The notes below the pieces were generated by a model. It searched no databases, was not told the DNA's origin, and saw nothing but the letters and a program-made list of their open reading frames with translations. Positions 1-12,100 of a DNA stretch of 64,000 bases are shown here, piece after piece. Within the stretch, counting starts at the first letter, position 1. Each line of letters starts with the position of its first letter. A program made the translations under genes and the position numbers. The stretch is from a virus, in the IMG/VR virus record IMGVR_UViG_3300020248_000002. One strand, given 5' to 3'.

Positions 1-2
1 TA

Positions 3-989
3 GATTGTTGGAATGCCAATCAAGTGATGGCAGGATATAATGATTACTATGGTTCATCTCAATATAATGGTGATAATATTAGACACCCTGATGGTCACTC
101 TAAGATAATAGGTTATAGTTTTGATGGTTATCCTGTGTATGGTCCTTATGGATATACAGATGCTAATGATAACACTACACCTGTAATCAGAATGTCTTCT
201 GGATGGACAGTAAGAACTCAAGAAGCACCTGGAAGACCTGCATATGATACAACATACCCCGCAGGTGTGTTTATGGAAGATTATGAATATACTGGTGGAA
301 CAGGAAAGTTAGATACACATAACGGTAGACATTGTGTAACACCTGAGTATCCTAGTGGTACTTTTGCATACTTTCTTACTGAAGATAATTCTGGAAATCC
401 AGTATTTCCTTTTATGATGGGTTTGACCTCGAAAGAGGCAATGGTAGTACCTGCCAATGATGGTTTTACACAAACTGCACCACCTACTGATGATGGTGGC
501 GATACTCCCGATCAACCCCCTACTCTTGTAATTACAAATCAACCAACAAACGCTACTATTCAAAGTGGAAACCTTCAACAGTTTAGTTTGTTAGCAGAAA
601 TACAACCACAAAATGATACTATTGCATATCAGTGGCAAGTATCAACAGATGGTGGATTTGCTTGGTCTAACTTAACTGGTAATACATCAGCAACACTGAA
701 TATAAATGCTCAACCATTTATGACAGGTTATCGTTATAGATGTGTGTTGACTGGTCCAGTTGGTGCATCTACTCAAGCACAAAACTCACCTTTAATAAGT
801 AATTTGGCGATCCTTACTGTAACAGGTAGTGGAACGACTATAGATTATGCCAGTATCCTCAAATTTGACAGTGGTATTGGAAAATACGATATGACTCCAG
901 TTAATTTTGACAGGGATAATAACAACCCTGACTTTACTATACAGAACTTTACACTGGATAATTCGACAACTTCCTTCGATATGACATAA
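3..989 (+). CDS. YHYH-family virion protein with C-terminal Ig-like domain (5' partial)
   Basis: Frame is open from the window edge (D-C-W-N-A-N-Q-V-M...). Contains HSKIIGYSFDGYPVYGPYG, LDTHNGRHCVTPEYP and an Ig-like YQWQVS...YRYRCV segment. Confidence 0.7.
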   Translation, partial: DCWNANQVMAGYNDYYGSSQYNGDNIRHPDGHSKIIGYSFDGYPVYGPYGYTDANDNTTPVIRMSSGWTVRTQEAPGRPAYDTTYPAGVFMEDYEYTGGTGKLDTHNGRHCVTPEYPSGTFAYFLTEDNSGNPVFPFMMGLTSKEAMVVPANDGFTQTAPPTDDGGDTPDQPPTLVITNQPTNATIQSGNLQQFSLLAEIQPQNDTIAYQWQVSTDGGFAWSNLTGNTSATLNINAQPFMTGYRYRCVLTGPVGASTQAQNSPLISNLAILTVTGSGTTIDYASILKFDSGIGKYDMTPVNFDRDNNNPDFTIQNFTLDNSTTSFDMT

Positions 990-992
990 ATA
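985..992 (+). promoter_or_regulatory. T4-type late promoter (CATAAATA)
   Basis: Matches the gp55-dependent TATAAATA consensus and lies just upstream of ATG 1017. Confidence 0.6.
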
Positions 993-1016
993 AAACTGTA
1001 GAAAAAACCCCCTACT

Positions 1017-2696
1017 ATGGCTAAGCAGAATGTAAACGTCGGTGTATCGGCAAATGATGGTACAGGAGATACCCTCAGAGACGGTGCTATAAAACTTAAT
1101 AACGTAATTAACGAGTTATACACCCAACTTGGTGATAATACTAATTTGCAAGTTAGTATTGGATCACCATCAACAAACCAAGTCCTTAAATGGAATGGAA
1201 CAGTATTTACAGAAGGAGATCTGGCATCATCTAATTTGACTGATGTTGACTTGACTGGTATTGGAAATGGTCAAGTACTAAAATGGAATACAGCAAACTC
1301 AAGATTCCAACCTGGTGATGACTTACAAGGTAGTGGTGGCGGTGGGGGCAATGCCATTACTAACTTGACTAACAATGGTTCTAATAACGTTGTTATCTCA
1401 ACTCATTTTCTACCAAACACCGACAACACATATGACTTAGGTAGTAACTCACTTAAGTTTAGGGATTTATATCTATCCAGTTCTACTATTTGGATGGATG
1501 ATACAGGTATTTCTATAGGATCTGATCAAGAAATTACTCGTAGAAAGAGAAAAGCACATACTGTTCATAGTATAGACACAGGTGCTACTCGTACTATTAC
1601 ATCTAAATTAGCGTCAGAAAACTCTACAGAAGAAGAGGGTCTTCGTTTACGTTTTAGTGCGATGAAAGTAGGAACACCTCTAGAAATTGAGGATGTTAAT
1701 GGTAATAAAATTGAAGCAACATTTGCATCATTTACTGCTGAAGCAGGTGCTACTCGTGGTACTGTTACAGTTAGTGCTACAGGAACTGCTAACCAAACAC
1801 AAGAACTAGCAGTATCTGGTGATATTAAGATTTCATCTAAAAATAAATTAATTACTGAACAAGAAGATGGTGCTGTAGATCTTGGTGCACAGAAACTAAA
1901 GTTTGGTTTTGGTGATATATCATTTGATACTGATGGTATTCTTGAACTTCCTGCTTCAAGTTCTATCCGTTTTGGTACTCCAGGTTCTGCTAAAGAACTT
2001 AAGTTTGATGGAAACAACAATTTAGATTTACCTACAGGAACAGATATTCGTTTTGGTGGTGATGCTGCAAAGTCTATTAAGTTTGACGGATCTGGTAATT
2101 TAGAAGTTCCAGAAAACTCTGAGATAAGATTTGGTAGTGGTGGTACTAAAAAAATATCGCTTGATGGAAGTAACAACTTAGTTCTTCCTACAGGAACTGA
2201 AATTCATATTGGTACCAAAAAAATTAAAATTGATACTAATGGTGAACTACAGGTTGCTAATGATGGTACAACTTTTGAAGACGTTGATAGAGGATTCAAA
2301 CGTCAAGGTTCTAGTGCACCTGCGGGAGCAAGTGTTATTAAAGGATATAATAATGCAACTGTATATAAACCATCTCCAACAATTTTATATACATTCAGTG
2401 CAGTTGGACAATCAAACTATACAGTTAATGGACCTGGATTACCATCAGGAGGATCTACAGATCCTAATATAATTCTTTATCGTGGATTTACATACGATTT
2501 TAATAATACTACTGGATCATCTCATCCACTAAGAATACAGTCTACAACTGGTCTTTCAGGAACTCCATATACTACAGGTATTACTGGATCACAAACTGCT
2601 ATGCAGTCATTTACAGTTCCTTTTGATGCACCTACAACTTTATATTATCAATGCACAATCCACTCATCTATGAATGGAACTATAGAAATTAGGTAA
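1017..2696 (+). CDS. baseplate/short-fibre protein with gp9/gp10-type N-terminus, internal beta repeats and C-terminal cupredoxin-like domain
   Basis: N-terminal NVGVSANDGTGDTLRDGAIKLN motif; about 26-aa repeats LxLPxxxxIRFG...KxxFDG; C-terminal HPLRIQ...YYQCTIHSSM. Confidence 0.7.
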   Translation: MAKQNVNVGVSANDGTGDTLRDGAIKLNNVINELYTQLGDNTNLQVSIGSPSTNQVLKWNGTVFTEGDLASSNLTDVDLTGIGNGQVLKWNTANSRFQPGDDLQGSGGGGGNAITNLTNNGSNNVVISTHFLPNTDNTYDLGSNSLKFRDLYLSSSTIWMDDTGISIGSDQEITRRKRKAHTVHSIDTGATRTITSKLASENSTEEEGLRLRFSAMKVGTPLEIEDVNGNKIEATFASFTAEAGATRGTVTVSATGTANQTQELAVSGDIKISSKNKLITEQEDGAVDLGAQKLKFGFGDISFDTDGILELPASSSIRFGTPGSAKELKFDGNNNLDLPTGTDIRFGGDAAKSIKFDGSGNLEVPENSEIRFGSGGTKKISLDGSNNLVLPTGTEIHIGTKKIKIDTNGELQVANDGTTFEDVDRGFKRQGSSAPAGASVIKGYNNATVYKPSPTILYTFSAVGQSNYTVNGPGLPSGGSTDPNIILYRGFTYDFNNTTGSSHPLRIQSTTGLSGTPYTTGITGSQTAMQSFTVPFDAPTTLYYQCTIHSSMNGTIEIR

Positions 2697-4567
2697 TGGC
2701 AAGAACAGTCCCAGGATCAGGAGCAGTTATTGAACCCATTTTTAACAGTACGTTCGGTATCAAGGACGTATTTGTTAATGATGGGGGTACTGGCTATGTG
2801 GCAGGGGACCCTCCAGAATTAAAAGTTGGAAATTGTGGAACACCATTAAGAGAAGCAATACTTGAACCTGTAATTACTAATGGTCAAATTGCTGCTGTAA
2901 AAGTATTAGATCCAGGTGAAGGATATGATCCTCTCAGGATTAAGATAAACACAAGTGGTAATGGTTATGGTGCTGCTGCAAAAGCAATATTATGGGACGA
3001 AGATCAATATGCTCCTGATGGAACATTGACTGCACCCGCAGGTTCTCTTCAGTATATTCAGATGTTATCGAATGGGGATCAATATTTTAGTGATGCCACA
3101 ACTGCTGAAATAGATGGTGGAGGTGGTGCAGGTGCTGAACTTAGACCTGTTACTGGATTAATAACTGGTTTAGCATTAGAAGATACTGGATCTAACTATG
3201 AAAATGGTGATATTAATATCATCGTATCTGGTGGAGGTGGACAAGGTGCTACTGGAGTTGCAGAGGTAGATGAATTTGGTATTGTTAAAGCAGTAAATAT
3301 ATCAAACGCAGGTGAATATTTCCAAACTCCTCCTGTTATATTACTCAACGGTGGTGGTGGAGGTGGTGCCAGAGCAATCGCTACTGTAGATTTAGGTTCA
3401 ATAGTTTCTATTGATGTTTTAGATCCTGGTGGTGGTTTCTCATCAGAACCCCAAGTTCTTTTTACTAGAAATACAGATTTAGTCAAAAGGTCTAGAAATA
3501 GACAAGCATTTAACTCATTTTTATATAATTTAACTGGTCTTATTAATAATGTAAGTATTTCCGATCAAACAATATTTGTTGAGACTACTGCACCTTATCC
3601 TGGATCAGGAAAAATATTAATTGGAAGTGAAGTTATCAGATATACTGGTAAAACTCCTACATCTTTTGTTGGTTGTGACCGTGCTGTTAATTTTAGATAT
3701 GATCAAAAAGTAACCCTAGATACTCTTGCTGATGATAATGATGGTGTTAGTCAATATAAATTTAATGTAGGTGATCGTGTTATAAGAACATCTGAAAGTT
3801 CAAGTAACAAAATTGCTCGTGTATATGACTGGAGACCTGAGATTAATGCACTATATTTGGTATTTGAAGTTGATAAACTAGCATTCATTGATGGTGGATC
3901 ATCAAATACTATATCTCAAGTTATTGATTTTGTTGGTGGTGTTGCATCATCTAGTGCTACTGGTGTTGAACCACACGTATTAGTTGATTCTATAGGTGAT
4001 ACTATCGTTCAGTTAACAGATCCTATTGGTCTAATACAAGATAAAAAATTTGAAGATGATGACGAATTACAAGGAGCAGGAGATGGTATTCCTGATCTAG
4101 TAAATACTAATACAGAATTTGCAAATGCTATCAGTCTTGATGGTGGTATTGCATCATCTCTATATGGTATTGAGGAAACATTAGGTGGACAAAACACTTC
4201 ATTGTTCCAAGTTGGAGACCAAATGACAGATTCGTCTCTTCCTAATAGATCTCCTACTGTCTCAGTTGCAGGTGCTTTAGGTGATGGTGATTTGCATTTA
4301 GCAACTATTGAGTTTATCTTCCGTGTTATGAATAACACTAATGACTTTGTTCAAGGTGAAACCGTAACAGGAAGTTTAAGTGGAGTAACAGCAACAGTCC
4401 AATCTTGGGATGCGACTACAAAAAAACTTGTCTGTATAAATCCAGTTGCAAACTCAGGAAATTATCTTTGGAATAAGAATGAAAATATCACTGGAGGTAC
4501 GTCAGGTGCTATAGGTGTTATCCAATTTATAAATTATCCATCCTACATCAGAAACGAACCTGACTAA
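2696..4567 (+). CDS. baseplate structural protein (Gly-rich repeats), upstream of gp8
   Basis: Repeated I/VxxxGxGY...GGGGxGA motifs typical of cyanophage baseplate proteins; genomic position. Confidence 0.6.
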   Translation: MARTVPGSGAVIEPIFNSTFGIKDVFVNDGGTGYVAGDPPELKVGNCGTPLREAILEPVITNGQIAAVKVLDPGEGYDPLRIKINTSGNGYGAAAKAILWDEDQYAPDGTLTAPAGSLQYIQMLSNGDQYFSDATTAEIDGGGGAGAELRPVTGLITGLALEDTGSNYENGDINIIVSGGGGQGATGVAEVDEFGIVKAVNISNAGEYFQTPPVILLNGGGGGGARAIATVDLGSIVSIDVLDPGGGFSSEPQVLFTRNTDLVKRSRNRQAFNSFLYNLTGLINNVSISDQTIFVETTAPYPGSGKILIGSEVIRYTGKTPTSFVGCDRAVNFRYDQKVTLDTLADDNDGVSQYKFNVGDRVIRTSESSSNKIARVYDWRPEINALYLVFEVDKLAFIDGGSSNTISQVIDFVGGVASSSATGVEPHVLVDSIGDTIVQLTDPIGLIQDKKFEDDDELQGAGDGIPDLVNTNTEFANAISLDGGIASSLYGIEETLGGQNTSLFQVGDQMTDSSLPNRSPTVSVAGALGDGDLHLATIEFIFRVMNNTNDFVQGETVTGSLSGVTATVQSWDATTKKLVCINPVANSGNYLWNKNENITGGTSGAIGVIQFINYPSYIRNEPD

Positions 4568-4572
4568 ACTAC

Positions 4573-4580
4573 TATAAATA
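4573..4580 (+). promoter_or_regulatory. late promoter TATAAATA
   Basis: Exact T4 late consensus, upstream of gp8. Confidence 0.8.
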
Positions 4581-4602
4581 AAAGGAAGGTACATAGTATC
4601 CA

Positions 4603-6138
4603 ATGGCATTACTTACCGATCAATTTAGAATTTTCACCGCTGAAAAATTCATCAAATCACTTGAGGGACCAGATTCGACTCAGAGTGACATCGTTGCGGG
4701 TGCAAATCGTGACCGTTTGTATGTTTTCATTGGTCGTCCTCAAGAATGGGATAACGAGAATAATCCTCCAACTCCTATAGACTCTTTCCAAGAGTTTTCA
4801 GACGCATATGACGATATGATTTCTATGAAGCGTGTCCTTGCTAGTGACGCTATTCAAGTTGTACGTCGTATTGACTGGATACCCCCAGAACAAACTACTG
4901 GTGGTTTGGGTTATGTTTACGATATGTATCGTAACGACTATTCATCTAGTAAGACTGCTTCTAGTGGTGCTACTAAACTATATGATGCTGATTTCTATGT
5001 TGTTAACAGTTCATATCAAGTTTACAAATGTATCTACAATGGAACGTCACCCTCTGATCCGAACGGTAAACCTAGTACGATCGAACCCACTGGCACTTCT
5101 ACTTCTATTATCACCACTGCTGATGGTTATCGTTGGAAGTATATGTACACCATCCCAGTGGGGCAGGTTCTAAAATTCTTCTCAGCAGACTATATGCCTG
5201 TGTTAGTTGACACTGCTGTTCAGTCAGATGCTGTAGGAGGAGAAATTGATACTGTTGTTATTCAATCATCTGGATCTGGATATAACAATGGTACATATGA
5301 AAACATCCCTCTAAGAGGAGATGGAACTGGTGGACGTATCTCTATCGTTGTAGATGGTGGTCGTATTGTTTCTGCAACAGTTACATCTGGAGGATCTAAT
5401 TATTCCTTCGGTAAGATCATTGTTGATGAAGTTAATGGTATTGGTTCTGGTACAGGATCTGGTGGTGCTATTGACGTTATTATTCCACCTAAAGGTGGTC
5501 ACGGATCTACTCCTGCTATTGAGTTAGGTGGTTTCCGAGTTATGATTAACACCAAATTTACATACTCAGAGGGATCTGGAGACTTCCCTACTGATAATGA
5601 TTATCGTCGTATTGGTCTAGTTCTAAATCCATTTAAGTTTGGTACAGAAGAATTAGCAGATGCGATTACTTTGTCAGCATCAAACGCTGTAATATTTTCT
5701 CCTGATTTCACAGGATCATTTAATACTGATGAAATCATAACTCAAACTCGTACTGTGGGTGGACAACAAGTCACTGCTCGTGGTCGTGTAGTTTCTTGGA
5801 ACTCCATAACTAAAGTTTTGAAATTTTATCAAAACAGAGTTGATGGTATATTCCCTGAGATTACTGGTAACAAAGTTGAGTTTTCTGGTGGTAACACCAT
5901 AGTTGGTTCGGGTTCTGGTACATCTGTTGACCCTGACATCAACTTCCCTGTAGTTCCTGGTGAAGCAACACGTGTTATAAACAACACAGAATATGATTTA
6001 GGTATGTCATTTACATCTGGTTACGCCAAACCAGAAGTGAAAAAGGACTCAGGAAAAGTGATCTACATAGACAATAGGAGAGCAATCTCAAGGGCGGGCG
6101 ACCAAATTGAAGACATCAAAATCGTTGTAGAGTTCTAA
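4603..6138 (+). CDS. gp8: baseplate wedge subunit gp8
   Basis: LYVFIGRPQEW, YDMYR, VYKCIYN and DGYRWKYMYTI motifs; C-terminal IYIDNRRAISR..QIEDIKIVVEF. Confidence 0.9.
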   Translation: MALLTDQFRIFTAEKFIKSLEGPDSTQSDIVAGANRDRLYVFIGRPQEWDNENNPPTPIDSFQEFSDAYDDMISMKRVLASDAIQVVRRIDWIPPEQTTGGLGYVYDMYRNDYSSSKTASSGATKLYDADFYVVNSSYQVYKCIYNGTSPSDPNGKPSTIEPTGTSTSIITTADGYRWKYMYTIPVGQVLKFFSADYMPVLVDTAVQSDAVGGEIDTVVIQSSGSGYNNGTYENIPLRGDGTGGRISIVVDGGRIVSATVTSGGSNYSFGKIIVDEVNGIGSGTGSGGAIDVIIPPKGGHGSTPAIELGGFRVMINTKFTYSEGSGDFPTDNDYRRIGLVLNPFKFGTEELADAITLSASNAVIFSPDFTGSFNTDEIITQTRTVGGQQVTARGRVVSWNSITKVLKFYQNRVDGIFPEITGNKVEFSGGNTIVGSGSGTSVDPDINFPVVPGEATRVINNTEYDLGMSFTSGYAKPEVKKDSGKVIYIDNRRAISRAGDQIEDIKIVVEF

Positions 6139-6141
6139 GAA

Positions 6142-9100
6142 ATGCCACAGAATACCAACCTCAATATCAGTCCTTATTACGACGACTTTAGTTCGGATAA
6201 TAACTTTTACAAAGTTTTATTCCGTCCTGGGTATCCAATACAGGCAAGAGAATTAACCACGCTTCAATCACTGATGCAAAATCAGGTTGAGTCGATGGGA
6301 ACTCATATGTTCAAGGATGGTGCAATGGTCATCCCTGGACAAATAGGTTATGACTTAGATGCTAAAGCAGTATTGCTACAAGCAAGTTTCTTGGGAACTA
6401 ACGTAGAATTATATCGTTCACAATTAGAAGGAAGAATAGTTACAGGTCTAACAACTGGTATCAAAGCAAAAGTTATATTCTCTATATCAGCAACAGAATC
6501 AGAACGTGGTTATATAACACTTTATCTAAAATATATTACATCTGGTGGAACAGACAGTAACACTAGAACTTTTACTGCTAATGAGCAGTTGGTTTGTGAT
6601 GCTGAACTTACTTTTGGATCTACTCTAATTGAAGTTGGCACACCTTTTGCACAATTATTACCAACGACTGCAACTGCTGTTGGTTCTACTGCTACTGTTG
6701 CTAATGGTGTATATTTTATACGTGGATATTTTGTTGATGTAAATGAGCAAACAATTATTCTTGATCAATATACAAACAATCCATCTTACAGAGTTGGTTT
6801 AGAAATATTTGAATCTATTGTAACTCCAGAAGATGATCCATCATTGAATGACAATGCTACTGGAACATCAAACTATTCTGCACCTGGAGCACATAGATTT
6901 AGAATTCGTTGTTCATTAACTAAAAAAGTTATTGATGACGATACAGATAAAAACTTTGTAGAATTACTTCGTATTAATAATGCAAATGTAGAATCATTTG
7001 TAGATAGAACTCCATATAATGAAATAGCAAGAGAACTTGCTCGTCGTACATTTGACGAGTCAGGTGACTATACTGTTAGAGCATTTGATTTAAGAGTCAG
7101 AGAACATCAGAATGATGGTGAAAATAATGGTGTATATCTTCCAGGATCTACATCTCGTGGTAACGTAGCATCATCTCCTGCTTATTATGCTTTAGAAGTA
7201 TCGCCAGGAAAAGCGTACGTCAGAGGATTTGAGATTGAAACCCTAGCACCTACTTTTGTAGATATAGCAAAACCAAGAGAAACAAAAGCATTACAGAACT
7301 CAATCATTCCATTTGAACTCGGCAACTATATGCTGATGAATAATGTAAAAGGATCACCTATTATAAACGGTAATAATATATCATCAAACTATCAGGTTCT
7401 TGAATTTAGAGACACAGCCCCAGGTGGATCATTAACCGCATCTGGAGAAGTTATAGCATACGCACGTTGTGCTGCATATGAGTATCACAATGGAACAACT
7501 GTAACATCAAGTTCTACAGTATTTAAAACATACATCTTTGATATTCAACCATTAACTACAGTTCAAATGTCTCAAGCAGTAACTGCGGGACAAGGTGCTG
7601 TTATTCGTGGTAGAACATCTAGAGCAAAAGCATTTGTTGTCGATGCTGTATCTGGACAAACTTTATTTAAAGTGTATCAAGTATTTGGTACATTCCGTGC
7701 AGGAGAAGTTATAGAGAAAGATGGTGTAGAAATAGGTACAATGGATGCTAATTTTGCTTTCCAGATAACAGACGCTAAAGGTGTAACAGGTAAAGATCCA
7801 GATACTAATGCTATTATATTTGCAGGTGATTTAGTTCTTGATAATGAAACTACTATTAGTGGTGTTAACTTTAATATTAATAACACTACCATAACAGGTA
7901 CAAGTTCAAACTTTGCTCTTGATTTACGTCCAGGAGACGTTTTAACACCAAATGGAACAGATACTTATACTATTGATAGAATTTATCCTATAGGTGGAGG
8001 AACTATAACATCACCAATAACAAACTCTCTAACAGCAGCAGGTACTGCGAGTGGTTTATCTAATGGTGACTATTCATTTATGGTTCGTCGTAGAGCACAA
8101 GTATATGATAAAGAAACTGCGGATCTTCTTATTGAGATGCCTAAAGATTCTATCAAGAGTATTACTGACGAATCAGCAATAGTTGCAAGAACATTTGATG
8201 ATATTACCGTTACAGGTTCTAATGACTTTACAATATCTCTTCCTGCTGATGAACAATTCCTTGCTTATGATAAAGATCATTATGCTTTAGTAGAACTAGC
8301 ACCAACAGCAGGTACTTTAATTGATATTGAACCTAATCTAACATTTAACAGCACTGGTACTCCTAGAACATCTTTAACAGTTTCTGGTTTAACAGGTATT
8401 ACATCTTGTCGTTTAATTACTTCTGTATCTAAAAACCAAGCAGAGAAGAAGTTGAAGAACGCTACAGAAATGGAAGTAATGAAGATTGAGAAAACAAATA
8501 TATCTTCTGACGCTCCTAAGTATGGTCTTGCTTATGGTTCACTGTATGGTACACGAATTGAAGACGAAGAAATATCTCTGGGCTCTTCTGATGTTTATAA
8601 AGTGCACGCAGTATATGAATCATTAGATGATAATTCTGCTAAAGTTCCTTTCATTACAATGCAGGATGCTACTATCTTCCAGAAAGGTACAATCATTGAA
8701 GGTGTAACATCTAAGGCAAAGGCAAGAGTTGTGAACTTTAACTCAGTGTCTTATGTTTGCCACTTTGTATATGAGAACGATAAGTTCTTCCAACTTGGTG
8801 AAAGTGTAACTGGTTTCAATGCAAACAACGTTGTAATTACTGGTATTATAAATGACGCTGATGGTTCTATAGATGATGGTAGTAAAAATATAACATCTTC
8901 ATTCTTCCTTGATACTAACCAACAAGGACATTATTATGATATTTCAAAATTAGTTCGTTTTGCACAATCTACTAAACCATTAAGAAAACTTAAAGTTGTA
9001 TTTAACAGGTTTGTTCACGAAGCAACTGGTGACTATTTTGCTGCTGAATCTTATGTTGGTGTAGATTATGATGATATTCCTGCATTCCATCAAGATGGTG

Positions 9101-12100
9101 TAAGCAAGCAACTTAGAGATGTTCTTGATTTCCGTCCAGGTGTAACTCCTGTATTATCAGGATCAGGAACCGTTGGTTCACCATACTTTGTAAACTGTGC
9201 ATCATTAGACTTCAAAGACCGTAGTTTCGCATCAGGAGGCGTATCTAACAATGCTACTATTATCGATATTCCTAAACCAGAATCTGATTTCCGTTGTGAC
9301 TATGATTTCTATCTTGGCAGAGTAGATAAAGTATTCTTAACAGATCAACAAGAATTTAAAGTTGTTACAGGTATATCTGGAGAACAGCAAGAGATTCCTG
9401 CAAATATTGATAATGCAATGTTACTTGCAACAATGTTCCATAAACCATATGGTTACAGTCCTGCTGATGTAAGTATTGCTCGTGAGAATAATCGTAGATT
9501 TACAATGCGTGATATTGGTGCAATAGAGAAACGTGTTGACCAATTAGAATATTATACTTCTCTTAATATGCTTGAGTTGGAAACTAATACACTACCTATT
9601 AAAGATAGTGATGGTTTCGATAAATTCAAGAATGGTTTCTTAGTAGATAACTTTACAAGTTTCGATTCTGCTGATACTACCCACGAAGATTTTGGTGTAT
9701 CATTAGATTTCCAAGAAGGTGTATTACGTCCTTCACATTACACAACTAACGTATCCTTAGAATTTAGTACAACACAATCTACTGGTGTAACTCTTCACGA
9801 AACAGGAACAGTTACTAGACCATATACAGAAACTAGATTCATTGTTCAACCATATGCTTCTAGAGTTGAGAATGTAAACCCATTTAACGTGTTTGCATAT
9901 ATTGGTAGATTAGATTTATTCCCATCATCAGATGACTGGGTAGATACACGTCGTGCTCCTGATCAAGTTGTAAATATTGAAGGTGACTTTAATGCCACTT
10001 TGCTACGTTTAGGTGCTGATGCTAACAGTGGTTTTGCTCCTACACAATGGAATGCTTGGAGAACTAACTGGTCTGCAACTACAACTGCATCAAACACAGT
10101 GTTTATGCGTGGACCTGGTATTAGATTTATTACTACAACTACAACTAATACTACAAGTTCACAAACTAGATCTGGTTTAAGAACTCGTGTTGTTCCTAGA
10201 ATTGACCGTCAGTCATTAGGTGATCGTGTTATTGAAAGAACTATTGTTCCATTTATTAGATCTAGAAATATTGCGTTTAAGATTCAACGTTTAAAACCTA
10301 ACACAAGATTCTATTCTTTCATTGATAATGTAGATGTAAACTTCTACACATCACCAAAACTTCTTGAAGTTATCAAGAATACTGTTGAAGATATTCGTAC
10401 CAACGATACACCTTTTGTTGTTGGTGAAACAGTTGTTGGTCAGACATCAGGTTGTCGTTTAAAACTTGTTGATGCTAATGATGGTTTTACTGATGGTTTA
10501 TCACCTTATGATCAAAGTGAATTACCATCATCTTACGCATCTACTACTCCATATCTGAACATTGATACTAGAACAATGTCAGACACAGTTATGGGTTCAT
10601 TCTATGGAAACCCATTAGAAGGTGAGATTCTTGTAGGTGCTACATCTGGTGCTCGTGCTGTTGTAAAACCAAAACGTATGGTCTCAAATACTAACGGTGA
10701 TATGGAAGGAATTATGTGGATTCCTAATCCTGCTGTTAGCACCAACCCACGTTTTGCTACTGGTACTCGTGTTATACGTATGACTACATCACCAACTGAC
10801 TCTAGAGTTCCTGGTGAAGTTGATTCTGCTGCACAACATAACTACGTTGCTTCTGGTGTTATTGAAACTCAACAACAAACAATTCTTGCAGTTAGAAATG
10901 CTGATCTTGTAAGAGATACAGTATCTCAAGATCGTACAGTTAATACTACAACAACAAGTGTTAGAGATACTGGATGGTATGACCCTCTTGCTCAATCATT
11001 CTTAGTTGAATCTAAGGGTGGTGCGTTCTTAACAAGTATTGATCTATACTTTAGAACTCGTGATGAAAGAATTCCTGTATCAGTACAGATAAGAGAGATG
11101 GCAAATGGTTATCCAACCACTAAAGTTCTTGCATTCTCTGATGTTACTTTACTTCCATCTGATATTAACTTATCTGAAAACGGTACTATTGCAACTAAAT
11201 TTACATTCCCATCACCTGTATATGTGACTGAGAATAGAGACTATTGTGCAGTTGTATTATCTGACTCTAATGAATATAAACTTTGGATCTCAAGAATGGG
11301 TGAAGATGATGTTACATCTGATAGAACCATATCTGAACAACCATATGCAGGTGTGTTATTCAAATCACAGAACGCATCTACTTGGACTGCCGATCAGTAT
11401 GAGGATCTTAAATTTGTATTATATAAAGCACAGTTTGATACTAGCGGATCAGGTCTTGCTTGGTTTAATAATGCAGAACTTGCAGAAGGTAACTTTGGTA
11501 TATCAAGACTAAGATTAGATGCTATTGAGACTACAAAACCTGAGATTAAAGTAATACTTGCAGACCACGTTGCTAACTTTACAATCGGTGCTGAGATTAC
11601 ACAGACTGATGTATCTCCTGCTCCATCTGCTATTGTTCGTGAAGTAGTTCAAGGTGTACAAGGATCATCTAACGCATACTTAATACTTGATGATGTTGTA
11701 GGAACATTTAGAGAAGGTGTTGCATCTGGTGCTAGTTACATCTATAGACTTGTATCTTCAAGATCTACTGGTACTATTACGTTGACTGGTGTAGCAGGAA
11801 CATTTGCTACTGGTACAGCAATAACAAACGGTACTGGTGCATCTGCAATGGTTACTGATTGGAATGCAGGAACTGGAGTTGTTACAGTCAAATCAATTAC
11901 AGGAACATTTGCTGACGGAGATGCAATTACACAGGTAATTAACTCTGCTACTACTGGTTCTGGTACTATTGGAACAAGTGGAACATCATTTGGTGGAGAT
12001 GATATTAATGATTATCCATCTGCTCCTATATCTTACTTCAACCAAGCAACTGAAATTAAAGTTCGTCACGCAAATCATTGTATGCACGATGGTGCTAACT

